Shown piece by piece: positions 26,562 to 34,188 of a DNA stretch of 44,113 nt (positions are counted from its first letter, which is position 1; the number at the start of each line of letters is the position of its first letter). A model generated the notes under the pieces. The model was not told where the DNA came from and did no database searches. It saw only the letters and a list, made by a program, of their open reading frames with translations. The position numbers were made by a program, and so were the translations under genes. This DNA comes from a virus, in IMG/VR virus record IMGVR_UViG_3300028422_000241. One strand, written 5' to 3'.

Positions 26562-27756
26562 TGCCGGCCACCTCTGCAAAATCGGAGGCCGCGGGGTTGT
26601 ATGGCTCGCGCTTATCGGTAAGCGGTGCAAGTGTAGGCTTGCCGAGGGGCTTTATAACAAAGCTGCTGAGCTTGTCCGTAAATTCGGCCTTGCCCATAAG
26701 TTTCTCAAGCTCTGTGAGGGTTTTAGGCTTACGCTCGTAAACGAGTGCCTCATCATATCCGGCAGCGAGTACCGCAGCAATGGCGGCATCCTGGTCCGTA
26801 AAGGTGCGGTTACTCCGTCCGGCAACAGCTTTCCAGCCGGGGATCTGCCCACCATTAAGCAGGGCATTGAGGGCATATTCTTCAAGATCCTTGTACCACT
26901 GCACAAGCTCTTTGCCCCTTATAAGTAGATCACCGATCTCATCGTCAGTAAGTACACCCTGGCCAAAAAGGGGCGGCTTTTCACCGTTCTGCGGCACACA
27001 GTCCTTAAATTCCTCAAGGGCGGTGTTTACATCTGCACGGGCGCGGCATTTTGCTTTGCCTCTGCAAAAGCGGCAGTGCTCGCCGGGTTTAAATTCGCCA
27101 AAGCCCATGTAAGCCTTTTGGGCGATCGGTTTGATACTGGCACCCCATGCAATAAGCTCCGCGGCCGTCAATGTTTCGGTGCTGGGCTCATCCTGTATAC
27201 GGGGCTGGCATATCGTCATGCGCACGCGCTTTATGGTGTCACCGTAAATTGGGCGGTAGCGTTTCAAAGCGCCCAGGGCATACAACCTCATTTGCGCGTT
27301 GTCCTCGGCTGATACCGGTACCCCTTTGCCGTGCTTATAGTCGGTAATGTCGAGGGTATCGCCGCCGATCATAATACAGTCGCAGGTACCAAAGCCCTCC
27401 GGAACGTATTCCGAAAAGTCAACCATTACCTCCGCAGACACAGAGGGCTGTTTGTCATAGGTCATGGCCTTTTCGGTTAGGTGCTCAATGTATATGTCAG
27501 AGGTCTTGTCCATCTCGTCCGTATACAAAGGCTCCTTTTTCAGCTTGTTATAGCGGGTGCTAAAGGTCCGGTTATTCATAACCGTAAATTTTTTTAAGAG
27601 TTTCAGCTCGCATATGCTGTGTGCAAGTCTGCCCTCCTCGGCGTATTCCGAGCTTGTTTCGGGGAATTGCTCCTCAAAACGAGGTGCCGCTGTGCATTTA
27701 AGCCAACGGGAGGCAGAGGACGCGGACAGCAGAGCGTGTTTTTCTGGTGCCGGCAT
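26554..27756 (-). CDS. DUF2800-type PD-(D/E)XK (Cas4-like) nuclease
   Basis: N-terminal LSASSASRWLKC and a C-terminal Cys cluster CRFCRGKAKC. Typical partner of DUF2815 and PolA. Confidence 0.8.
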   Translation of the reverse strand: MPAPEKHALLSASSASRWLKCTAAPRFEEQFPETSSEYAEEGRLAHSICELKLLKKFTVMNNRTFSTRYNKLKKEPLYTDEMDKTSDIYIEHLTEKAMTYDKQPSVSAEVMVDFSEYVPEGFGTCDCIMIGGDTLDITDYKHGKGVPVSAEDNAQMRLYALGALKRYRPIYGDTIKRVRMTICQPRIQDEPSTETLTAAELIAWGASIKPIAQKAYMGFGEFKPGEHCRFCRGKAKCRARADVNTALEEFKDCVPQNGEKPPLFGQGVLTDDEIGDLLIRGKELVQWYKDLEEYALNALLNGGQIPGWKAVAGRSNRTFTDQDAAIAAVLAAGYDEALVYERKPKTLTELEKLMGKAEFTDKLSSFVIKPLGKPTLAPLTDKREPYNPAASDFAEVAGNG

Positions 27757-27770
27757 ATTCTGATCCCCCC

Positions 27771-28232
27771 TTATATCTGTGCGCCGAGAGATCTGAGCTC
27801 CGTTGCAAAAACTCCGTACTGTGCGGGATCAAGTTTTGTTATGCTGTCAATGCCGTACTTGGTGAGCAGGTTGCAAAGCAGATCCATCTTGCCTGCATCT
27901 ACCAAAGCGGTGCCTGCGGTGGCGATCATTTCAAGGGTGTATGTAGGTGCCGCTGTCGGTACTGCTGCAGGTGCAGCGGTCGGAGCAGGTGTCGCACTCA
28001 AAGGTACACCAGGTGCCGCCGGTTGCTGCGGGTAGCCAACAGGTGCCGTTTGGATCGGGGCGGGAGCCGGTGCATTATTCACAGGCGGGGCGGCGGGTGG
28101 CGCGATATTCGCCGGTGTAGGGTTTGCGGGCTTGTCCGCTGGGGTTTGTCTGTTAGCGGCAAGAGCTGCCGCAAGGTTGTTGATCGCTGCTGCCAGATCG
28201 GCCGCTGTGATCGTGATGTTCATTTCTAACAT
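27771..28232 (-). CDS. Hypothetical protein with a Pro/Ala-rich linker
   Basis: ATG 28232 lies 9 nt after AAGGAGG. The linker contains VGYPQQPAAPG, also found in the DUF2815 tail. Confidence 0.55.
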   Translation of the reverse strand: MLEMNITITAADLAAAINNLAAALAANRQTPADKPANPTPANIAPPAAPPVNNAPAPAPIQTAPVGYPQQPAAPGVPLSATPAPTAAPAAVPTAAPTYTLEMIATAGTALVDAGKMDLLCNLLTKYGIDSITKLDPAQYGVFATELRSLGAQI

Positions 28233-28332
28233 TTTGGTTTGCCTCCTTGTTAAAATAATTTTTACAGTCGCATTTTTCGCCGGGATCGAGGTTTGCGCCA
28301 CAATCGGGGCAGGTGTGGTAATAAGTTTTCAT
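28153..28332 (-). CDS. Small zinc-ribbon protein (tentative)
   Basis: MKTYYHTCPDCGANLDPGEKCDC. ATGA overlap with the SLT stop. The 3' part overlaps the next gene by about 80 nt. Confidence 0.35.
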   Translation of the reverse strand: MKTYYHTCPDCGANLDPGEKCDCKNYFNKEANQNVRNEHHDHSGRSGSSDQQPCGSSCR

Positions 28333-28997
28333 TGTGGATCCTCCAGGATCGATAACCATTTCTGATACCGTTCCATGACGGCGCGGGAGTATTTGGTGCT
28401 GTATGTACCGGCATCCCACAGCCGTTTTGCTCCGGTATCGCCGCAGTTGTACGCCATGAGTGCAAGCTCATAATCACCGTAACGCTCCAGCTTTTGTGAA
28501 AGCATCAGTATGCCTGCGTGGATATTGCCCTTATGGGTAAGTGGGTCAATACCTAACTCCTTGAGCTGCTTGTGGTTGATCTTGTTGATCTGCATGAGCC
28601 CGTAATCGTTTGTGCCGCTTTTTGCATCCGGGTTGAAATTACTTTCCCTCTCTGCAACCGCCAGAGCGAGTGCATAAGGCACGTTGTACTCTGTGCAATA
28701 CTCCTGCATAACGGTTTGCAGTTCATAACTAAGCAGCCGGCCATCGCTCACAATGGCATCGCTCAATATGTAGGTTTCAACCGGCTCGGGCATTGATACC
28801 TCAAGCAGCGGCAACGGGGAGCTTGTCCGCGTAACCTCTGTGACAACGGGGTGCTTGTCCACCTCAGTTACAGCGTGTGCGGTACCTAAGTGCCAACCAA
28901 AGAGAGTGCCGAGGCTGAAAATGGTGAGCACAATTCCGATGAGTACCAGCCATGCAATGCGGTTTTCACGCTTGCGCCGTTTGCGGCGTTCGTCCAT
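28329..28997 (-). CDS. Membrane-anchored lytic transglycosylase (SLT domain)
   Basis: N-terminal basic stretch plus TM segment (IAWLVLIGIVLTIFSLGTLFGW). SLT motifs AVAERESNFNP, YGLMQI and AYNCG. Confidence 0.85.
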   Translation of the reverse strand: MDERRKRRKRENRIAWLVLIGIVLTIFSLGTLFGWHLGTAHAVTEVDKHPVVTEVTRTSSPLPLLEVSMPEPVETYILSDAIVSDGRLLSYELQTVMQEYCTEYNVPYALALAVAERESNFNPDAKSGTNDYGLMQINKINHKQLKELGIDPLTHKGNIHAGILMLSQKLERYGDYELALMAYNCGDTGAKRLWDAGTYSTKYSRAVMERYQKWLSILEDPQ

Positions 28998-29160
28998 CTT
29001 GGCACCTCCTCTTTTGCCATTCCTCAAAACGGCGTTTGTTTTCCGGATCCTCGTAAAAGGCTTGTACAGCATCAAGAAAAGTGCTAAAAAGCAGCCTCTT
29101 ACTTATTTGGTTCATTTGGTCAGTATGTACTTTCGCTGGCATTGGGCGTGGCCTCCTCAT
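28966..29160 (-). CDS. Hypothetical small protein
   Basis: ATG 29160 overlaps the stop of the HTH gene (ATGA). 64 aa. Confidence 0.4.
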   Translation of the reverse strand: MRRPRPMPAKVHTDQMNQISKRLLFSTFLDAVQAFYEDPENKRRFEEWQKRRCQDGRTPQTAQA

Positions 29161-29330
29161 TCTGTGGTTTTGTTCTCTTGTTCAAAAGCCTCAAGATCGC
29201 TGGCTTTGACACGGTAGCGGGTGCCGATTTTTACAGCTGGGAGCTTTTTCTCTCTTATCCACGCCCAGACTGTTTCAACCTTTACCCCGTAGCGGTCAGC
29301 CACTTGCTCACAGCTATAAAACATTTCCAA
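29157..29330 (-). CDS. Excisionase/MerR-like HTH protein, first gene of the leftward early operon (Cro/Xis-like role inferred)
   Basis: CEQVADRYGVKVETVWAWIREKKLPAVKIGTRYRV is an HTH_17-type motif. TTG 29330 lies 8 nt after GGAGG. An alternative start is ATG 29324. Confidence 0.7.
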   Translation of the reverse strand: MEMFYSCEQVADRYGVKVETVWAWIREKKLPAVKIGTRYRVKASDLEAFEQENKTTE

Positions 29331-29349
29331 ACAAAATACCTCCTTTTTA

Positions 29350-29378
29350 TTGACTTTTGTTTGGTTTAGTGCTATAAT
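29350..29378 (+). promoter_or_regulatory. Sigma-70-type promoter reading rightward toward the repressor gene
   Basis: TTGACT, 17 nt spacer, TATAAT, with a TGC extended -10 element. Confidence 0.6.
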
Positions 29379-29417
29379 GTTTGGTGTCAACTAAACTTTA
29401 TACAGCGCTAAACCACT

Positions 29418-29430
29418 GTGAAAAATTCAC
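29418..29430. promoter_or_regulatory. Candidate operator palindrome GTGAA-AAA-TTCAC
   Basis: Perfect 5-3-5 inverted repeat between the two opposing promoters. Confidence 0.35.
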
Positions 29431-29476
29431 GATACGCAGGGGCTTGTTTTTTATACCCTTTTGTTTCGTTGAGTTT

Positions 29477-29505
29477 ATTATACTTGATTATTGTTTCCTT
29501 GTCAA
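29477..29505 (-). promoter_or_regulatory. Sigma-70-type early (lytic) promoter reading leftward
   Basis: On the minus strand: TTGACA, 17 nt spacer, TATAAT. Both hexamers match consensus perfectly. Confidence 0.6.
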
Positions 29506-29560
29506 GTGGTTTCGCTAAAAAAGTTTGAAAAAGTTTCTTTTTGAATTGGAGGGCGCCACT

Positions 29561-29959
29561 ATGACACTTTATGAAAAAATACAACTGCTGTGTAAGCGTG
29601 AGGGATTTGAGATCTCAAACCTCGGTGAAAAAATACCCGGGTTAAGCATTACAAAGGGATCCATAAGCAAGTGGAAAAGCGGGGCCATGCCTCGCGCAAA
29701 CACCATTAAGGCCATTGCTGAATATTTTGGGGTTACATCGGAATACCTTTCCGGGAGCGATTTTTCAGTGGACACAAACACCGTTAAGGACAACCACGGC
29801 ATCATTGGGCACGTTCATGCCCCGGTCAAAATAATAAATGGATCGGAGCGTAGGCTGTCCGATCAAGAAATAGAGCTCCTCAACCTGTACTCAGATCTCG
29901 GCGTTGTGGAAAAAGCAAAGTTATTGGTATTTGCAAGCGAGCTGAAAAATAATAAATAA
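29561..29959 (+). CDS. cI-like XRE-family repressor
   Basis: N-terminal HTH (MTLYEKIQLLCKREGFEISNLGEKIPGLSITKGSISKWKSG). ATG 29561 lies 8 nt after GGAGGG. Opposes the early operon. Confidence 0.8.
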   Translation: MTLYEKIQLLCKREGFEISNLGEKIPGLSITKGSISKWKSGAMPRANTIKAIAEYFGVTSEYLSGSDFSVDTNTVKDNHGIIGHVHAPVKIINGSERRLSDQEIELLNLYSDLGVVEKAKLLVFASELKNNK

Positions 29960-29998
29960 AAAAGCCCGGCGCATAGGCCGGACTAAAAGGAGGATATT

Positions 29999-30661
29999 AT
30001 GGCGGTTAAAGTTTGCCCTGTGTGTGGAGCACAAACAAAGTGTAAAATCAAGGCTGCAAACGGGTATATTTGCGCCTCGTGTACCTGGCTAAGCCCTAAT
30101 TACTCGGCCGAAACAATAGAAGTGTTGGCGGGCTACCAACGGGAACAGAGCCAACGCAGAGCTTTGTTTTCAAAAACAAGGGTAATAAAAAGCCTTTTGA
30201 GTGATACTATATGTGTTGACGATAACAACAAACTTTTCTATGTCGGAAAAGAAAAAGAGGAGCGCCCCATCATTTACCGGTTTAATGAGGTGCAGGGCTG
30301 CGAGATGGAAAGCCAAACAAAAACGGTTACAAAGAAAAAGGGCGGGCTCGGCCGGGCTGTTGTAGGTGGCGCTCTTTTCGGTGGCGTGGGTGCCGTTGTC
30401 GGTGCATCCACGGCCAAGGAGGTTACTACCCAGCAAAATGGTCCGAGCCACTTAAACGTGCAGCTCAAAACTTATGCCGGAAATAAGATCCTCACACTTT
30501 ACTCCCCGCCCATGGGTGCGGATCAGTTTTTCAATATCTGCTCAAACGAAACGGCCCCGGATGGCGTTGATGAAATACTGAAATACAAAAAGCTGCTTGA
30601 TGAGGGCATAATTACACCGGAGCAGTTTGAGGCTAAAAAACGGGATCTGCTAAACCTATGA
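29999..30661 (+). CDS. DUF4428 zinc-ribbon / glycine-zipper / SHOCT-domain protein
   Basis: N-terminal CPVCG...CASC, central GGLGRAVVGGALFGGVGAVVGAS, and a C-terminal SHOCT-like segment LKYKKLLDEGIITPEQFEAKKRDLL. Confidence 0.65.
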   Translation: MAVKVCPVCGAQTKCKIKAANGYICASCTWLSPNYSAETIEVLAGYQREQSQRRALFSKTRVIKSLLSDTICVDDNNKLFYVGKEKEERPIIYRFNEVQGCEMESQTKTVTKKKGGLGRAVVGGALFGGVGAVVGASTAKEVTTQQNGPSHLNVQLKTYAGNKILTLYSPPMGADQFFNICSNETAPDGVDEILKYKKLLDEGIITPEQFEAKKRDLLNL

Positions 30662-32253
30662 GCAAGAGCAAATTAGCCGTTGTGTATGCCCGGTACTCAA
30701 GCCACCGGCAGGGCGAGCAGAGCATTGAGGGGCAGCTCGCTGAGGCTTATAAGTACGCCGAGGCACACGGCATGAAAATAATACACGAGTATGTTGACCG
30801 GGCCATGACTGGCCGGAATGATAACCGGGATCAATTCCAGGAAATGCTCAAGGACACGGCCAAGAAACAATTTGATGCCGTCATACTGTGGAAAATAGAT
30901 CGTTTTGGCCGTAACCGTGAGGAGATCGCTTTCAACAAATACCGCTGCAAAAAGAACGGTGTCAAGGTTGTATATGTTGCCGAGAGCATCCCGGACAGCC
31001 CGGAGGGCGTTATCCTGGAAAGCGTGCTTGAGGGCATGGCCGAGTATTACAGCCTGCAGCTGTCCCAGAACATACGCCGAGGCAACCGGGCAAGTGCAGA
31101 GAAGTGCCAGAGCACCGGAGGCAACCGGCCGCTGGGATATAAAACGGATCCGGAAACAAAGCGCTTTGTTATTGATCCGGACACGGCGCCCACGGTCCGC
31201 ATGATCTTTGAGTGGTACGCCCAGGGCAAAACTATTGCTGAGATTATTACCGAGCTTAACAACATGGGGCTCCGTACCCTGCGCGGCGGTAAATTCACAA
31301 AGAACAGCCTGCACTCATTACTGAAAAATGAGAAGTATATCGGCATTTATGCTTACAAGGATGAAATACGGATTGAGGGAGGAGTCCCTGCCATAATTGA
31401 TGCTGAAACATTCGCAAAGGTGCAAAGTATGCTGAAAGTAAATAAAAGGGCCCCAGCGCATACCTGGAGCCGTGCAGACTATTTACTCACTGATAAACTT
31501 TTCTGTGGCCACTGCGGCTCAAGAATGGTGGGCGAAAGCGGAACGAGTAAAACCGGCGCAAAGCATAATTATTATATCTGCACCAAGCGCAAGCGTGAGC
31601 GCACCTGCGATAAAAAGGCGATCCGGCAGGAAGTTATTGAGCAAAGTGTGCTGGAAAAGGTAACGGGGATATTGCACGATGATGATCTGCTTAACTTCAT
31701 TGCCGATGGGGTATATGCCTATTACCAGGAGCAGAACGCCGAAAACGATTTTGAGGCGAGCCTTAAAAAGCAGCTTGCTGAGATTGACAAGGCCACGGCC
31801 AATATTGTAAAAGCAATCGAGGCCGGCATATTCAACGATGCCACAAAAAAGCGCATGGATGAGCTGGATGCGCAGCGTGAAGAAATTAACGCCGAGCTTT
31901 CACATTACGAGCTTGTACGGTCCTGGCAGCTCACCCGGGATCACATTCTGTTTTTCTTGTATCAATTCCGCGACATGGATATTACCAACCAGGACTGCCA
32001 AAAGCGGCTTGTTGATACTTTTGTTAATGCCGTATTTGTGTATGACGATGGTCGACCCCCGCTGCTCACGTTAAACTATTCCGGCGATAGTCGCACGGTA
32101 TCATTGGACGATATAACCGGGTTAAATGCCGAGGGGGCAGAGTTCGTATACCGTGCGGAATGTTCCACCATAACGCACACATACGAACCCCTAAAAATAG
32201 TGGTTTATCGTAATGTGTTTGCAATTCAACTTGAAAAAACCGAGAGGGTGTAA
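30658..32253 (+). CDS. int: Large serine recombinase (integrase)
   Basis: N-terminal resolvase domain AVVYARYSSHRQ containing the catalytic Ser. Recombinase and zinc-ribbon (CGHCG...YYIC) regions follow. 531 aa. Confidence 0.93.
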   Translation: MSKSKLAVVYARYSSHRQGEQSIEGQLAEAYKYAEAHGMKIIHEYVDRAMTGRNDNRDQFQEMLKDTAKKQFDAVILWKIDRFGRNREEIAFNKYRCKKNGVKVVYVAESIPDSPEGVILESVLEGMAEYYSLQLSQNIRRGNRASAEKCQSTGGNRPLGYKTDPETKRFVIDPDTAPTVRMIFEWYAQGKTIAEIITELNNMGLRTLRGGKFTKNSLHSLLKNEKYIGIYAYKDEIRIEGGVPAIIDAETFAKVQSMLKVNKRAPAHTWSRADYLLTDKLFCGHCGSRMVGESGTSKTGAKHNYYICTKRKRERTCDKKAIRQEVIEQSVLEKVTGILHDDDLLNFIADGVYAYYQEQNAENDFEASLKKQLAEIDKATANIVKAIEAGIFNDATKKRMDELDAQREEINAELSHYELVRSWQLTRDHILFFLYQFRDMDITNQDCQKRLVDTFVNAVFVYDDGRPPLLTLNYSGDSRTVSLDDITGLNAEGAEFVYRAECSTITHTYEPLKIVVYRNVFAIQLEKTERV

Positions 32254-32270
32254 AGCCCTCCCGGTTTTTT
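32240..32270 (+). terminator. Rho-independent terminator after the integrase gene
   Basis: CCGAGAGGG-loop-CCCTCCCGG stem with one mismatch, followed by TTTTTT. The stop codon lies in the loop. Confidence 0.6.
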
Positions 32271-32273
32271 CTC

Positions 32274-32447
32274 TTAGTCAACAAAGGTGTTTTTGTGTAG
32301 GTCATAGATCCCGATGTATTCGCCTGCCACTGTAACCCGCCAACGGTCCTGGTGGTTGTCGGTGGCCTGGATCACCGGCTCACCCTTTACACCCAGGGAT
32401 GCAAGCGCCTTGCGGATCCGCTCCAGGGCCTCCTTGTATTTTTCCAT
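32274..32447 (-). CDS. Hypothetical small protein (third gene of the accessory operon)
   Basis: 57 aa. ATG 32447 follows AAGGAGG. Confidence 0.5.
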   Translation of the reverse strand: MEKYKEALERIRKALASLGVKGEPVIQATDNHQDRWRVTVAGEYIGIYDLHKNTFVD

Positions 32448-32457
32448 GTGTGCCTCC

Positions 32458-32655
32458 TTACATTTCACGGCTTATGAGTTTATTGTTTTCATAGAGAGGG
32501 CCGGATCCTGTCCAGCGGTACTCACCATGTACGCCTAAAAGGGCGCTTGTAATTTTGTGGGTGGCTGCATCGGTGTTCTCAGCCCATATGCGGAGGTTGA
32601 TCTTTTCACCCGTGCGTTTATCCTGGAGGCCCACCTCATAAAGATGCTCTTTCAT
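32458..32655 (-). CDS. Hypothetical small protein (second gene of the accessory operon)
   Basis: 65 aa. ATG 32655 lies 8 nt after AAAGGA. Confidence 0.5.
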   Translation of the reverse strand: MKEHLYEVGLQDKRTGEKINLRIWAENTDAATHKITSALLGVHGEYRWTGSGPLYENNKLISREM

Positions 32656-32703
32656 GTTTCCCATCCTTTCTGCCGGGTTTAGCCGCCCGGCTCGGCCTGG
32701 TTG

Positions 32704-33159
32704 TTATAGTTCGAGTGCTGCCTTAAGGTCTATTAGCTCTCTGCCTACACGTTCGGCATCTTCTTCGGTACCGTCTACCTCCGGAACACTTTCCTCCAGC
32801 AGCTTTGCGGTGTAATAGAATGTTGTCTTTTGTAAGAATTGTTTTCCACAAAAACGAATGTCTTTCAAATACGCCTCTGCGCCGCCTCCAAAACCGCAGA
32901 ACCCCTCATCATACACGTTGGTCATGGCCTCCTTATATATGGTGTCAAATAGCTCTTTGGGGTTCATCATTAGCTGTCTTGCTCCCTCGCTGCGCTCATC
33001 ATACCAGCTGTTTACAAATTGCCACTGGTCATTTGCGCACCACTTAATGTTTTTGACCGCCTTTTTCTGTTTCAAGTTAAGATCAGTCTTTGTGCTCTTT
33101 ATTCCGAGTGCTGCGGTAAGGCTTGGAAATCCTACAAGTTCTCTGTAATTTGTTTTCAT
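32704..33159 (-). CDS. Hypothetical protein (first gene of the accessory operon)
   Basis: 151 aa. AAGGAG RBS and a consensus promoter upstream. No family recognised by eye. Confidence 0.55.
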   Translation of the reverse strand: MKTNYRELVGFPSLTAALGIKSTKTDLNLKQKKAVKNIKWCANDQWQFVNSWYDERSEGARQLMMNPKELFDTIYKEAMTNVYDEGFCGFGGGAEAYLKDIRFCGKQFLQKTTFYYTAKLLEESVPEVDGTEEDAERVGRELIDLKAALEL

Positions 33160-33187
33160 GGTTTTTAGCTCCTTTTCTTTATATTGT

Positions 33188-33202
33188 TGTAGATATTCTA
33201 CA
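33188..33202. promoter_or_regulatory. Operator-like palindrome TGTAGA-TAT-TCTACA
   Basis: Perfect 6-3-6 inverted repeat overlapping the -10 element of the leftward promoter. An extra TGTAGA half-site lies at 33263-33268. Confidence 0.45.
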
Positions 33203-33223
33203 CCATAATAAAGAATATGTCAA
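33195..33223 (-). promoter_or_regulatory. Sigma-70-type promoter of the three-gene accessory operon
   Basis: On the minus strand: TTGACA, 17 nt spacer, TAGAAT. Confidence 0.55.
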
Positions 33224-33275
33224 TACCTTTTTTCAAAAAATAATAGAAAATCTTTATTATAATGTAGATTTACTA

Positions 33276-33304
33276 TTGCAAAGCAAAGAATGTTGTGCTA
33301 TTAT
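33276..33304 (+). promoter_or_regulatory. Promoter of the small XRE regulator gene
   Basis: TTGCAA, 17 nt spacer, TATTAT, with a TGC extended -10 element. Confidence 0.5.
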
Positions 33305-33327
33305 ATTAAACAAGGAGGTGCGTGTAT

Positions 33328-33537
33328 TTGCCGTATTCATATAACAAGCTCTGGAAATTACTTATTGACCAGGGAATGACTAAAGAGGAATTTAGGAAAC
33401 AAATTGAGGCCTCGCCAACCACCATTGCAGCCATGGGCAAGGGCGAGGGCATTTCACCAAAGGTGCTCAGCCGTATTTGTGAAACAATGCGCTGCCAGCC
33501 CGGGGACATCATGGAGTACATCCCAAACCAAGAATAA
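33328..33537 (+). CDS. Small XRE-family HTH regulator (DUF739-like)
   Basis: YNKLWKLLIDQGMTKEEFRKQIEASPTTIAAMGKGEGISPKVLSRICETMRCQPGDIMEY. TTG 33328 lies 9 nt after GGAGG. An alternative start is GTG 33322. Confidence 0.75.
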   Translation: MPYSYNKLWKLLIDQGMTKEEFRKQIEASPTTIAAMGKGEGISPKVLSRICETMRCQPGDIMEYIPNQE

Positions 33538-33575
33538 AAAAACGCCCAAGAGCCATATAAGCTCCTGGGCGTTTT
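33536..33575. terminator. Bidirectional rho-independent terminator
   Basis: A-run, then ACGCCCAAGAGC-loop-GCTCCTGGGCGT (one mismatch), then T-run. Confidence 0.6.
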
Positions 33576-33822
33576 AACATTCTCTCGCGCGCGTGCGTAT
33601 ACACGCCGTATATAGGCGGTTAGGCGGTATTCTACCCCTCTATACTGTCTATTTAACACTCTATAAGAAAAAATGTTAGAATGTTAGAAAAGTACAAAAA
33701 ACCTTGTAGCGGCTTGGGTTTGCCGCCTAACAATTCACCTAACAATTAAAGCGCGAAATGTTAGAATGTTTTTAACATTTATACATGAAAAACAAAATGT
33801 TAGATGCTAATTGTTAGAAAAA
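33573..33822. repeat. Iteron-rich non-coding region, copy B (paralog of 17525-17795)
   Basis: Exact ATGTTAGA at 33673, 33681, 33758 and 33797. ATTGTTAGA at 33810. CCTAACAATT at 33726 and 33738. Shares blocks with copy A, including cgcgcgcgtgcgtata, aggcggttaggc, aaatgttagaatgttagaaaagta and aacatttatacatgaaaa. Confidence 0.85.
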
Positions 33823-34175
33823 CCGATGGGGTTAGTTACCCCCCCCACCGGTTTATTAAAGGCATCGTTAAACTCTGCAAGGGCCGCCTCAATCAACATA
33901 CGCATCTCAAGATCTGTAATGGTGATGCCCTTTTCTGCCAACATTTCAGAGGCAGATGCAAGAGCCATGTTGAGCTTTTCCTCACCGTGCAGATCGGTGT
34001 ATATCTGCTCAACCGCCTTAACAACGATCCTGGCCACCGCCTGCTTTGTCTTGTCATTTATGTACTTGGTGTACAGCTGCTTTGCTACAACACCGAGGTA
34101 CCCGGCAAGCGCGGTGAGTACGGCATACAAAATTGTTGGGCCGTATTCGGAAATAAAAACATTCAGAAATGCCAT
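33807..34175 (-). CDS. Holin (LL-H family-like)
   Basis: 122 aa. N-terminal TM segment (GPTILYAVLTALAGYLGVV) followed by an amphipathic helical region. Adjacent to the endolysin gene. Confidence 0.75.
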   Translation of the reverse strand: MAFLNVFISEYGPTILYAVLTALAGYLGVVAKQLYTKYINDKTKQAVARIVVKAVEQIYTDLHGEEKLNMALASASEMLAEKGITITDLEMRMLIEAALAEFNDAFNKPVGGVTNPIGFSNN

Positions 34176-34188
34176 TTTGTGATCCTCC

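Noticed and set aside
28225-28232. Isolated TCTAACAT copy at the start of gene 27771-28232
   Set aside because: A single 8-mer occurrence in roughly 88 kb of two-strand sequence is expected by chance. It overlaps the ATG-TTA-GAA start codons and has no neighbouring copies.
29961-29990. Small hairpin (CCGGC-GCATAG-GCCGG) between the repressor and DUF4428/SHOCT genes as a terminator
   Set aside because: The stem is only 5 bp and no T-run follows. The downstream gene has a strong RBS 10 nt later and is more likely co-transcribed with the repressor.
32254-32273. Search for attP next to the serine integrase
   Set aside because: Only a terminator hairpin is present in the short gap after int. I could not identify a convincing imperfect-palindrome attP core here or upstream by eye. 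The host attB sequence or prophage junctions would be needed, so no feature is reported.
33306-33659. 117-aa minus-strand ORF antisense to the XRE regulator gene
   Set aside because: It lies fully antisense to a gene with a clear HTH motif, promoter and terminator. It crosses the bidirectional terminator and has no RBS.
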